NCBI RefSeq assembly: GCF_009834535.1
Contig: NC_045707.1
Location: 62,932,001-62,996,000, forward strand
Direction: 5' to 3'
Length of the DNA: 64,000 nt
Origin: Camelus ferus
Lineage: Eukaryota
Made by a program: the position numbers and the translations under genes. Of this stretch, positions 34,501-46,769 are shown piece after piece (the first letter of the stretch is position 1; every line of letters starts with the position of its first letter). The notes beneath the pieces were generated by a model that saw nothing but the letters and a program-made list of their open reading frames with translations, did not search any database and was not told the DNA's origin.

Positions 34501-37500
34501 TGCCTTCCAAAGTTGCGATGCAGAATTTCCTCCCAGATCAAGACCCACTCTGTGGATTTTATGTCGGTCAACTTCCATGAGATTTATTTAAAACCCCAAG
34601 ATGCGAACTGAGCTGTCAATGTTAATAAAAATAAAGGCAGTGGCCACTGAATGCACGTAGTTATCACTCCACAAACAATACCTGATCGTACTGTGAGAAA
34701 GTCCTGCCCTCACAAGATGATAATATTTCAGGTGATTTCATGAGTCTTCTTCACTTTTCATTTCTCTGGCTGTGGTTTTTCTAAGGTAAATAATTTAGTG
34801 AAAGGGCCAATTCAAACCTATGCTGAGATAACCAGGGAAAAGATTGTTCGACAAACCTTGTGCTGTGCTGTTATATCCATTAAAAGCAACTTATTGAATA
34901 TAGGCTGGTCAGGTCCAGGGAATAACGAAGATTAGAAATAATGTGTCTGATCTTTTAGGTCGTCTGAGCCATGAAATAAATAACCACAGCCACGATTTTC
35001 CCAGAGCTAATCGTTCACTTGCACCCTCGCACTTATGAACCATTATGTTATTGTTTTCCTCTTAATGTCTGCTCTGCATCAATGGTCATAATGGATGGAG
35101 ACTGATGGGGAATTGAGATAGCAGCAACTTGGCAATTAAAATGCTCACTGGTCTTTGTTCCGGTGTTCCCCAGTGGATAGGGCTCTGTTCATTAATCTGC
35201 ATGTTGATTACAGCCACTGTGTGCTATCGATCTGTGTTTCCCAGTCCTGTGACTGAAGGAGTATTAAGTTGCCATCGGCATCTGTGACCACTCATACCTC
35301 TGAATGGAATGCTGCTGACAATTATGCCAGGAAAAAATTATAGCCGCTTTGTGTGCTGACTTAAGGATACCTAAGGAAATTTTCAAAAACTGCCTACCTC
35401 AAATTATTTTTGTAAGATAAATTGAAGGCGTACTTTACTTTATACCATAGTTGTGGTTCTAAAATTGTCTGGATAATAAAAACATATTTCCTCATTGAAT
35501 TCAACTTTATAAATTTCAGGTAAGGTTTGTTTTTATATTCAATTATTAGTGACTCCATTACATTAATTCTAAATTTCTCTCTTTGGTTCCCAACCTTTTC
35601 CTCTCTGTCAAGTAGCTAATGATGTGTAAACCAGCCCGTAGGTGTGCTGAGAGAGTGTGTTATTTCAAAGAATGCGATTGTGAATTTTTTTTACAAAAGA
35701 GCTTTTTAAAATGTGAACAACTATCCTGAAGTGTATATGCTTATATTCGCTTTCTTAAAGCAGAATATACGTCAAAATAATTGTGATATGAAGAATGATG
35801 CGATTTTAATTGACGCGTAATGAAGCCTTGTTGTAGATTACAGTGATTGAAAAGAATGATTCTGTGAGACTTGTATTTAGTAAACTTCAGCTGATAACAT
35901 AGGTGTTAAATATGAATATTTCAAATATTGTTAAACTAATCAGCAGGACCTATAAATACTTTCACTTAGACGTTTGCTTTAATCATTGACGCATTTTAAC
36001 AATATAGTTAATTTCCTGGGTCCTGTTTTAACCCCAGTAGTAACACCTACTAACTCTTAGGCATTCAAATTTCCTGGGAATATAACATGGCCTTTATACC
36101 TATAACTCTGTTAGAAATATGAGTAGGATGAGATACTTAATCCATTTTTCAAAGTGATGATAATTTTAGATTGAAGTCAAAATGATGACCCTATATTAAC
36201 AGGAATCTTATGCCTGCGTAAATAAGGGTACTGTAAATTTTGTTCTTCATCAGAATTTAGGTATTATTGTCATGTTTCAAAAAAAAGTGAAAATAAATGA
36301 TAAATGAACACATTTTAAATATACTGAAAACATAGAGGCCACAGGGGCAGAATAAGTTACCATTCCAGAAGCTGCAAGTTCTTCTTAATGGTGCGTGAGA
36401 ACCATTGTTAACCCAACAGCTTTTCTCAATGCTTTTAAAAACCATTCTGCCAAAGTCCAGCCCCTAAATCAAGCTACTCTGTTAGATGTAAGGTCGTTTT
36501 ATAAAGTTAAGGCAGCACAAATCATATTTCACATTATTTGATATTACTTTAGGTTTGGGAAAGACCTTTGACTGATCTAATTTATCCCACTGCATCACTT
36601 CATATTTCTTAAATATCCTATATGTTTTCCGTTTAGTCTTGAATATGCCATTTAGAGTTATTGTGATTAGGTTTTAAATTGCATCATAGTCTATACTAAA
36701 TTGTAGGTCACCGGTATGACCTGACATTATCTGAAGTCCAAAGACTTCTGTCGTAGATCTCTGAGATCAGTTCACCTGGAGACATCGTAGAGGCAATGCC
36801 AAGATGATTGAGATGCAGCAACTGTTTCAGGGAGTTATAATTTGAGAGGCATCTCAAGGCCTCGCTTGTCAGCAACAACAAAATCACTTACTTGCATGAC
36901 ACTGCTTGAAACCCTCCTTTCCCATCAACAAACTTGTCATTTCTTCGGGTTAAGAATTTTTCTCATAAGATGCCTGCTAAAATTACAGTGTCTTCCCTGG
37001 TAGAGAAATGGATTCACTCTCACTCCCCTTGGGCTGGGAAGGGAAAAGGGAATAGACATAGGTCAAGAGTATCCTGCTGTTGGTGGGAAGGAAATAGAGA
37101 AGGAGAGTGGGAAGATTCAGACAGTCAGAAGACAGGTGTGAAGCGATGAACAGCCAGGAGGATGAAGACGTAAAGGGTTTGAAGATCAGGAGGAGCAGTA
37201 ACTGAAATACATAAACTGATGCCCTACCTCAAGCATTTTCACTATTCGTAATGTTTTTAGGTCCTCCCAGCATTGTGCCAACTCTTACTTCTAATTTTTT
37301 ACCAAGTAATCAAAATGCAGAAGCCCTAATTATCACTTACAGCGGAGAACATTTATTCCTTATTTTGTTTACTCAGTCTTAGATTACTGTGATGACATTG
37401 GCTTCATCTTTTAACTACGAGTGATGATGCTACATCTCAGCTCACCTGTTTCAGAACTATTTCAGTTTGAGAGTTTGGGCAAACACTATGATTGAAAACA

Positions 37501-39318
37501 TATGAAAGTCTTCTTTTTGTCTATAAATGGATACTGGTCTTAATAATACTTTCCACTCTGAAATAAAACAAAGAAAATCTTTTTTATTTCCTACCATTTC
37601 TTTTTACCTAGAATTTTATTTAAGTTCTTTTTAAGAAAAATAAAATCATGATTATTTTTATTTGCCTAAATTCGATTTTAGTGCATTTTTTCTTTTCTTT
37701 TCTTTTTTTTTTTTTGCTGTGGAATTTTAACTTACTCTGTTAATACATTGTTTACTTTTCATTCTTATGTACCAGTAAGAAGCAGAAAAATATGTCAAAA
37801 ATATTGTTCAACTCTATTGCATTCTCAAGATAAATAGCTTTATTTATAATTTAATATACAAAAAAGGGAGAATTGTAAGAGCAATTTTTGTCTGAGAATC
37901 AGGTAGTCCAACCAGCAATCACCTACTTCCTTTTACCCCCACGAGAATGCCACTGAAAGTCAGGCTCATAAGATCTTTGCTGACATCCTCATCACCTGCA
38001 AGAATGAGAACCTCTGCTAGTCATTTTTCATCTGAAATCCCCAAGGTACCGTTCATCATAATGTCCTGCTAATCAGGAGCAAGAGTTAGCTCTTCCTCAG
38101 CGCCTGAGATCCCAAAACACACAAACATTGTTCCTCTGGTTGAAAAGATGTTACAGTAACCATTATTCCTAGACTCTCCTTGACAACAGGAACCATTGTA
38201 ATTGTCTCCAAAACTTTTGTTTGTTTCAAGATTCTTCTATGGGTCCCTATACACGTTGTGGCATCCAAACTGGCCTCTCAGGCACCTAATCTCTTAGTTT
38301 AGCATTACATGAGGAATAGCTGATGATAATCTCTCATTTTTCTGGATGCTAAAGAGACCATGGCCGATGAGTCTCATGTTTTTTGCTGTGTGCTGGCTAA
38401 TAAATATGACTTGTTCTCTACCTAATATTGCCTTCATCAAGGGGAAATTATGAACAAAGCTTAATAAGAAATGACAACACGGACCATTAAGCCCCACACA
38501 GTTTTTACCCCCTTCTTTATGTTGCATATGAGTGGGACCACACTCTTTAATTCTTAAGAACCTGACTCTGCATGTACAAGTTACAGCTGTGTAATGTAGC
38601 TTTTCTTTTTAGTGATTGAGTGTGAGCCTTACAGCAGCATCATGAAATGTATGAGGAAACAGAATCTGAGTTATGCAGTTGCAAGTTAACTACTCGGATG
38701 ATACAATTCATACAAAATCCACAAGAGGACTAATATAGCTAAAAGATACAAATCAGATCTCAGGCATCCTCTGTAGGATAAATATTTTCCTTGAAGACAC
38801 ATTTTTCAAAAGGCATGAAGAAAAGATTTGGTCTCTTAGAAGGCAAATCCAGAGAGCATGGAATAATGTGTGTTGAGAACATAGGGGAAAGGATCAGGGG
38901 AAAGGAAAGATAGAATGGACTTCTGATGTTGTTTACCATGACATGGGCAAAGGAAAATAAATAGAAATAAGATCTGTGAAGCAGACAAGATAAGAAATAC
39001 AAGGCAAGAATTTGAACACATTTTAAAAGCTTTGCAAAGCATAAAGCAGCCAGGAAAGAAAGCTGATGATAGCCTTTATAAGAGAAAAGAGAATTATTAA
39101 AATCAGAGGCAAAACATTGTATTTATCAGGATGAGAAATTAGCCTAATGTTGAACAAATGGCTTTAACTATAGGATGAAGAGAAGAAATAGTGGACAAGA
39201 TTCTACCATGATCTGAATGAAAACAGAAATTAATATGAACCCAAACATTGTATTTTGAAGTGATAAAAAAGAATTAGACTTCAGAAGTAGAAAACGTTTG
39301 TCAAGAAAATATCCTTAG

Positions 39319-39394
39319 TGCCTATAGGTAATAATGCTGTATTATATTTTTAAAAATTAGCTCTGAGGATAGATCTAATGTTGTATTCTTATCA

Positions 39395-39454
<60 letters not shown>

Positions 39455-39618
39455 GAGGGGAGGAGGAAACTTTTGGAGGTACTGTATATGTTTATAGCAT
39501 AGAATGTGATGATAGTTTTATCAAGGTATAGTTATCATTTCCAAATTTGTCAGGTTGTATACATTAAATATGTACAGCTTATTATATATCAATCCTATCT
39601 CAATAAAGTATTTTAAAA
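39319..39618 (+). mobile_element. L1 (L1MA/L1MB-type) 3' end with TSD
   Basis: ggaggaaacttttggaggt...ttgtatacattaaatatgtacagctt...tctcaataaag; TSD aagaaaatatccttag (39303-39318) / aagaaaatagcattag (39619-39634). Confidence 0.85.
39395..39451. repeat. Perfect (AAT)19 microsatellite inside the L1
   Basis: Counted directly. Confidence 0.95.
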
Positions 39619-39724
39619 AAGAAAATAGCATTAGCATGCAAAGGTTAAGTAAAAGACATTTATTGTATGGAAAATACACTCTTTAATTATATAATTTTCA
39701 GCACCAATATGAATTTGACATGGC

Positions 39725-39976
39725 ATCTCAGTTAGCTATTCCAGCATAACTAACCACTGCAGAATTTAGTGGTTAAAAACAAAAAGGATTCACATAGCTT
39801 TTGGGATCAGCTGATCATTTCTATTGATCAGGGCCAGAATCTGCTCATGAAAGCCCCTCAGCAGCTCTATTCAGGTGGTGAATCAGCCAAATGGCCTCTG
39901 CTGGGATTATCAGTCTGTGCTCCATGTGGCCTCTCGCCCTCCAGCAGGCTAGACCAGATTCATTCACAGGTACCAG

Positions 39977-40022
<46 letters not shown>

Positions 40023-40200
40023 CACTGAAGCAGGCAAGGTGTCTTGTGGCCTAGGTGTTGAACTGACAAACCATGACTTCTGTCACATTCTGTTGGCTAT
40101 GGCCAGATACAAGGCTATGACAGATTTAAGGAGAAAGGAAACAGACTCCACCACCTTATGTGAGTGGCTGCAAAAATCACATCAGAAGCAGAAAGGAGAG
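39725..40200 (-). mobile_element. MaLR LTR (MLT1H-type) containing a (GA)n run at ~39984-40017
   Basis: tcagttagctatt...cataactaaccact...aatttagtggttaaaaac; catgacttctgtcacattctgttggct; aaacagactccacc. Confidence 0.75.
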
Positions 40201-40329
40201 AGCATTATGTGTGTTAAATAGTGGTGACCTGAAAGAGAGAGGCATTCTGGGACTAGAACGAAGTTTCTCGTGTCTAAGGAGTAGGCTAAGTGGGGAAGAG
40301 ATACCATGTTAAGTTGGCTTGATTATATC

Positions 40330-41130
40330 TTATAAGACAGGTAGAGTCTACAAGAAGAGAGGAGCAGGGCAAGGCTGAGAAGTAGAAATTTAAAGATATG
40401 GATAGGATGCTATTAAAACTGTTAGAAAAATTGGAGAGTAGATATCTGAGAGCCTTCGGCAGTAAACAGTTGGTGGATTGGATGCCAGCATGTATGGGTG
40501 AAGGTCGGCAAATGAGGAAGAGAAACTCAGGTAATACCCAGGTTTTGGGCTTAGACAGTTGGGTTTATGTACCACTATTCACTGAAGAACATCACAGGAT
40601 AATTTGTTTCTCCTTTTTTTTTTTTTTTTCCTTTGTGGGGAGTAAGCAGGGCTGTTGAGAATTAGTTGACTTTCAGAAATGTTAAGTTTTTTAAACCTGT
40701 GACAATGATGCATTTCAATAACGTAAGAGAAATAGAAATCAAGCTATAAACTGAGGAAACAACGGGGAGACAGGCAGAGACATCTTGGGCAAATAATGCT
40801 TTTATGATGCTTCTCTGAAAAAAGATGAAAGTTGGAGGATGTGGCCAGAGGAGGATGAAAGATTGAAGGAGAATTTTGTTTGCTTTTTTAGTGTTTCTTT
40901 GCTTTTGTTTTTAGGATGGAAAAAGCTTCAGCATTTTATAGGTTGAGAAAAAGGGAGAAATTAAATATATAGGTGGTGAGAGGTTTGGGGATAAGATTAG
41001 CTTTTGAAAAAAGAAAGAAAAGCAATTTTAAAAGAGTGTCATTAGATGCTTTTTTTTTTAATGTGTCAAGATGCGGAGTTGAGAGTTCAATGCCTAAGTT
41101 CTTTTCCCTGCTCAGATGGTTTTGGTTAGC
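40330..41130 (-). mobile_element. Decayed L2 fragment
   Basis: ctcaggtaatacccaggttttgggcttagacagttggg...accactattcactgaag; purine-rich plus strand. Confidence 0.55.
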
Positions 41131-41269
41131 AAGATAGAATATTTAGGAAAATGAATAAGATAGTTATTCTTAGCTCCCTTGGGAAATTTGGGGGGAGAGA
41201 GCAGGCTGAGGACATACAGACGGGCTGTGAAAGAAGGCTGAGGTGCTCCTAAAGGAAGAAGCTTATGTG

Positions 41270-41480
41270 TGGTGCCAGGAACTCTGCTCAGCCTTTTCAT
41301 AGATGTTACTAAATTGAGATGTCTCATCAGCCCCTCCCCAGGCATGGAATCCCATCCTACACAAGGAGAAATGAAGGCTCCTGGAGGATGCGTTCCCTGA
41401 GCACCCTGACACTGAGGAGGAAGGGCCAAGGATTTCAATCCAGGTCAATCTGAATCCAAAGCAGACCTTCTCACACCATA
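41270..41480 (-). mobile_element. MIR SINE
   Basis: gtgccaggaactctgctcagcc...gagaaatgaaggctc...gccaaggatttcaatccaggtcaatctgaatccaaagc. Confidence 0.75.
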
Positions 41481-41599
41481 CTTCTTCCAAGTTTTAGCTT
41501 TCTGTGGTTTTTCTATTGGTACTTGCCCACAACTTATGACTACCTAGCTCTCATCCATGAAGAGAGAGAACTTCTCCCTTTATCATTTGTAGAAGCCAA

Positions 41600-42313
41600 G
41601 GGTTGGTGCTTCCTTGGGAACCATTTATAGAGATAGAAGGTTGCTGTGAGGAAAGAAATTTCTGTTTCATTCCCAGGGCGGATGCCCATTCAGGCAGCAA
41701 ACTTGCTGATCTGCTCTCTCTGTTTATCAGGAGAAATAGGAATTATTAGGATGCAATATGGAACAGTGGCGGGGTGGCATGCACCTCAATGTTGGTGCAA
41801 CTGACATGCGGGACTTGTATCTGCCCAAGAAAGCTTCCTTTCATACAAGAACACCCTAGCAAAAGGAGACTGAGCAGGAGATTATGGAGAGCATCAGGAC
41901 AGATTATCCTAGAATATTCCTCCCAAATCTCATGCCTATGCAGCAGAGAGACCACTCAGGGGCTCCCAGGGAATCCATCCACTCAAGCACCCCATGAGAT
42001 GAACAAGCATTGGACATCTCACAACAGGTAACAGTGAGAGAAAGATGACCACACCATCCAGAGTTTATGTAAAGAGAAAAAAAGCTTTAAAATGGATTTG
42101 AAATTGAAATTGTAGCCTGGATGGACTGAGCTGGACGGGGCTGTTCAGAGCCTAACAGAGCAAAAGAGTTGACAGGTCTTTAAAAGACGATATTTAGCGG
42201 CAGGAACAGGAGAAACTGCAAGTCATGATTAAATACAGCAATTGGAGAAAAAAAATAAAACCACTTCTTATTTATTCTTCCAGTAAAATCAGCCTCTTGG
42301 ATAAACAAGTTAC
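41600..42313 (+). mobile_element. Possible very old LTR (family not assigned)
   Basis: AATAAA near 42254, then termination in ...caagttaca; 5' boundary uncertain. Confidence 0.25.
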
Positions 42314-43724
42314 ACAAGAAATCATGAAAAATTTTTGTTCATAGACCCCCCCAGACACTTAGCATTTGACATATTTTGGGAACAGCTTCAGAGTGGAAGT
42401 CAAGTTTGAGGACTCACACACCTAGAAGTGGGGTGCATGGCATACAAAGCACAAAAATCATAGTAACGTTCATAATTGGCATTTTTATTTGTTGCTTATT
42501 TGCATAATTTTAAAACGTGTTTTTACCATAAAGGTTATCTTCACTCAAAGAAACAGTTCCTGCATCTTGGTTACTTCCCATCTTCTCAGTATGTCATCTC
42601 CATAGCCAGGTGCAACTCCAATTTCTGCCTCATTTACAAATAAATCTTCTCCGTTTCATTGATACCTTCTGCATTTCTTTCATTAAAAATGAAAGCTGAT
42701 TATCTGTCCTATATTTGCAATGAACTCCTTCCTCTAATTTTTCTTTTCTGGTCTTCAACAGTCAGTTGAGGTTGAGAAGTTTCTGTGGGCTGAGAGTGTC
42801 CTTCAGAGGACTCGAGGACACCCAGGCACAAGCCTCTCTGTCTCTAATTATGCGATTCTGATTTCCTCCCATCTGGATTCATTTTCAAATGCAAGTGCTC
42901 TATAATTCATTCTCTTTTTATAATTAAATAAATAAATCTCAGCTGAAGGTCTGAAGATTTTAAGGAGCGTAGCTCCTGACACAAATTGGGTGTTAAGTCT
43001 TTTATTGCTTCCATGATGTCTATAGCTAGATATCTGGAGTTTAGAATGACGAGGAATCCTTCAAAGAAAATCCTAGGGCTGCCAAAAAGATGGCAAAATA
43101 CTAACACAGGACCATGGAAAACCCATAGATGTGAATTCAAATCTGTATCCCAGTGCCTTCCTTTCATCAGTTATAACACTGAGGCAATGATTCTTCCTTC
43201 AGAAAGATGCAGTGACAAATAAGATCAATTTGAAAGTATCTGACACTTAAGTGTTCATTTCCTTTCTTTAGCATTTATAAGAGGAACTTGTTACATTTGT
43301 GCTTCTGTTGTATGACATGTTATGAACACACTTATAAATCTGGACCCCATGAACACATTCACTTAGAAGTGAGATCACTTTGCTCTGTGATTTTGACCAG
43401 GACAAGGATGGGAAATCTCTCCAATTTATCCTTATCATTTAAATCTTCCCGGAATGCTTTCTTCCATCTGAGCTGCATTCCTTCTCCCCTTCGGATGTTG
43501 AGAAGCCTCCTACTTCCCATCGCATTCACCTAATACAGGTCTGTACTAATATATATGCCTATCAACACAGTTAAACCAATCAATTCTCTCTCCTATGCGT
43601 TTGAATCATAAGATTTTTTTTTCTTTTCTTTTCTCTCATTTGGTGCAGGGGTGTATGTTATATGGCAATATCCTAGTAAATGAATTTTTTAATTAAAAAA
43701 TGATTACTAGATTGAAGAAAAATA

Positions 43725-43960
43725 TTACCTAGACTTTCTTGAGTGCTTACTGTGTGTTCAGCCTATGCTAAATACTTTACCTAAATTATCTCATTTAAAC
43801 TAAAAAAAAAAAATAGCCCATGAAGTAGGTATAAATATTACTACCATTTGCCTAAAGCATAGAGGGATGAAGGAACATTGTGCTGCCGCATAGGTAAGAT
43901 GAAGTAGATTTGAGATTCAAACACAAGCAGTTTGCTCCTTGAGCCTGTGCCATTATTTTA
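43725..43960 (-). mobile_element. MIR SINE
   Basis: ttgagtgcttactgtgtg...tgctaaatactttacctaaattatctcatttaa...gagattcaaacacaagcagtttgctcc. Confidence 0.8.
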
Positions 43961-44116
43961 TTAATCATTATTCTATTTCCTTTCTCTTTTCCCACCCTTA
44001 CTTCAAATGAGGAGAACACTTCAAGAGAAACACCTGTCGAGTTAGGTGGCTTGTCAAAGGCAAAATATACTTTAGAACGTAATACATTATAGAACACAAA
44101 GTCACATATGTGGACT

Positions 44117-44340
44117 GTATTCATTGCCTATTAGTATTTTAACAAATGACCACAGACTTGGTGACTTCAAACAACAGGACTTCACTACCTTACAGTTAAG
44201 GAGGAGTTCCGGAGACTTGAGGGGAAAATTCACTTCCTTGCATTTTCTAGCTTCCAGAGGACACCTACCCTCCTCGCCCCTCCTTGGCCCCTTTCTCTGT
44301 CTTCAAAGCCAGCCGCACGGCACCATCTCTACTGCTTCTG
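44117..44340 (-). mobile_element. MaLR LTR 3' half (MLT1C/D-type), reverse orientation
   Basis: tgtattcattgcctatt...taacaaatgaccacagacttggtgacttcaaacaacag...ccttgcattttctagcttccagagg...tcttcaaagccagc. Confidence 0.8.
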
Positions 44341-46247
44341 ATGCTTTGAATAAACTGTTGGTAGAAATGTAGACATTAAGGTGCTGCAGGCGAGGGCTCA
44401 GGAGAAAGACGAGAGAGCACGGCAGAGAAAGCCCATATTTTCCTAGGGAATAAATACGTTTTTGTTAAAAGCTGGTACAAATATAAATGTTAAAGAACTT
44501 CTGGTAAGTGCTTACAGGAAAATGAGAAACAGGTTATTGGAAACTGAAGGGAAAGAAATCTTCGTTATGCAAGGGCAGAAACCTTAGTGGAACTGAGGCT
44601 TTTAGTTGTATGGAAAGCAGACCTTGAAAACAATGAACTTGGATATTTAGTGGAGATTTCTAAAGTACTGAAGGTGTGATTCAGTTTCTTCTTGCTGCTT
44701 ATTCCAAAGTGCCACTAGAAAGAGGTAAATTGAAGACAGAACTGTTAACTGAAAAAGGAATGAGGACTTGATGACTGGGGAAATTCTCAGCCTATCCAGA
44801 TTGCAAAAGAAGCTAAAATTAGGAAACTCACTGTCCGGAAAATGTGCTCTGGAGTGAAAGCCAAGAGTGTATGTAGCTGGACAGCCTTTTGCTAGCACCT
44901 CAGAAATATCAAAAGCTCAGAGTATTAAGTCACACAGAGGGCTCTTTGAAGAGATTAGACATGTGACTCACAGATCCTCTTCATCTTCTCAGCAGAAGCC
45001 AAAAATAAGAAATGCGATTATCCAGGAAAGATCTGTGGAGGAGCCTCTTGTCTCGTAAAAGTGAACTCCTGTGATAAATACTTGAGATGCAGGAGTTTCT
45101 GGGAATGTTACACAGCAGAAACACTGACAGCCTGAACTGAAAGGGGCCGAGAGAGAACCAAATGACAGAAGGCTGCTGAACTCCCAAAATCCTACAGGCA
45201 GAAAACAGGCTCACAAAACTACTCATCTACAAAAATATGCTACTCTTCGTGCAACAGGATGGCTCCACACGATAAACTGTGGGCCCAGAGGGTGGAGCCA
45301 CAAGCCACAGAGGATTATCCCCAGTTCTTGGAACCCAGTGGGGTCTGCCTGCTGGGATTTCAAATTTGTTTGGGATTAGTGACTCCTGTTTGTTTGTTTG
45401 TTTTTAATTAAGATAACTATTTTAGAGCGCGTTTAGTTTCACAGCAAAATTGAGAGGAAAAACAGAGATTTCCTACAGAGACCTCCCTCATTTAACCTTT
45501 CATTTTCTCTCCTTTTGAATAGAACTCTCTACAACTGTTACTCTACATGTACCTAGCCCCAACAATGTATTCTGTTTTTTTATCTATGAATATTTTATTA
45601 CCTACCTCTAAAAGATAAAGGCCCCCTTTTTAAACAGAACCACTGTATCACCACTGCCTCCCAATAAAATCAAGACTAAATTCTTACTATCTTCAGGTAT
45701 CCAGTTAGTGTTCACATATCTGTAATTGTCATATTTGTAGTAAAAAGTAAAGAAACACTATCCCTTTTAAAACTGCATCCAAGAAATAAAAATCTTAGGA
45801 ATAAATCTGACCAAAGAAGTGAAAGATTTATATGCCAAGAACTATGAAACACTGACTGAGGAAATTAAAGATGACTTAAAGAAATGGAAAGATATCTCAT
45901 GCTCCTGGATTGGAAGAATTAATATTATTAAGATGGCCATATTACCCAACGCAATCTACAGGTTTGTGATCCCTATCAAATTACCCAGGACATTTTTTCC
46001 ACTAGTGTATTTTGGAATCAGATCATGTGTTTTCCAGTTTTATAGGTGTAAAGATAAAGAAGAATGTAGCCCCAGGATGGATTATGCCCAGAATCTGGCA
46101 CATCCTGTTTAGAGAATAAGACTAAGGACTTTTGAACTAATAAGACTGATAAAATTTAGAACTTGAGTTGATGCTGAATGGGTTGAGATTTGAGGCCTTG
46201 GGATGTGGTGAATGTATTTCTACGTGGGATGGATATGAATCTTCGAG
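44341..46247 (+). mobile_element. MLT1 internal region, interrupted by L1 pieces at ~45390-45485 and 45575-45998
   Basis: gttattggaaactgaagggaaagaaatcttcgttatgcaagggcagaaaccttagtggaactg; tgaacttggatatttagtggagatttctaa; ttgagttgatgctgaatgggttgaga...gtgaatgtattt. Confidence 0.8.
45575..45998. mobile_element. Composite L1-mediated insertion: minus-strand polyadenylated segment + inverted (plus-strand) L1 ORF2 fragment (~45740-45998)
   Basis: ORF 45819-46112 begins [48 protein letters not shown], clearly L1 ORF2; T7 at 45575-45581 with tttatt at 45594-45599; flanking direct repeats 45559-45574 / 45999-46014. Confidence 0.75.
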
Positions 46248-46763
46248 GTGAACAATGGCCTCTCAAGACATCCCCATCCTAACGTGTCCACATACTGTGA
46301 ATAAAGCACCTTACTTGATAGAAGGGTCTTTGCAGATTTGTTTGAGTTGGGATCTTGAAATGAGAAGGTGATCCTGGATTATCTGGGTGGACCCGAAGTA
46401 ATCATAAGAGTCTACTAGACAGAGAAAGGAGGATCGGAGTCGAAAAGAGAGAAAATGTAAAGATAAATGTAGATGTCGGGAGAAAAGTTACTACACAGCT
46501 GACCTTGAGTTGGAGGAAGGAGGAGACCCAGGCCAGGGAATGTAGGCAGCCTCAAGAAGCTGGAAAAGGCAAGAAAAGAGATTCTTTTCTAGACACCCTC
46601 CCCATTTCAGAAAAAAATGCAGGCTTGCCAATGCATTCATTCTAGCCTGGTGAAACTGACTTTGGGTTTCTGATCTCTGGAACTAGCAGATAAAAAATTG
46701 AGGTTCCTTTAAGCCACTAAATTTGTGATAATTTATTACAGCAGCAAAAGGAAATTGAAATAT
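46248..46763 (+). mobile_element. MaLR 3' LTR (MLT1D-type)
   Basis: gggtctttgcagat...gatcctggattatctgggtggaccc...ggcagcctcaagaagctggaaaaggcaag...ttaagccactaaatttgtgataatttattacagcagca. Confidence 0.9.
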
Positions 46764-46769
46764 GTTCAG

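Noticed and set aside
37388..37445. C/D-box snoRNA-like pair of GTGATGA motifs
   Set aside because: No properly placed CTGA D box or terminal stem
45819..46112. ORF with clear protein similarity
   Set aside because: L1 ORF2 fragment running into MLT1 sequence; not a host gene
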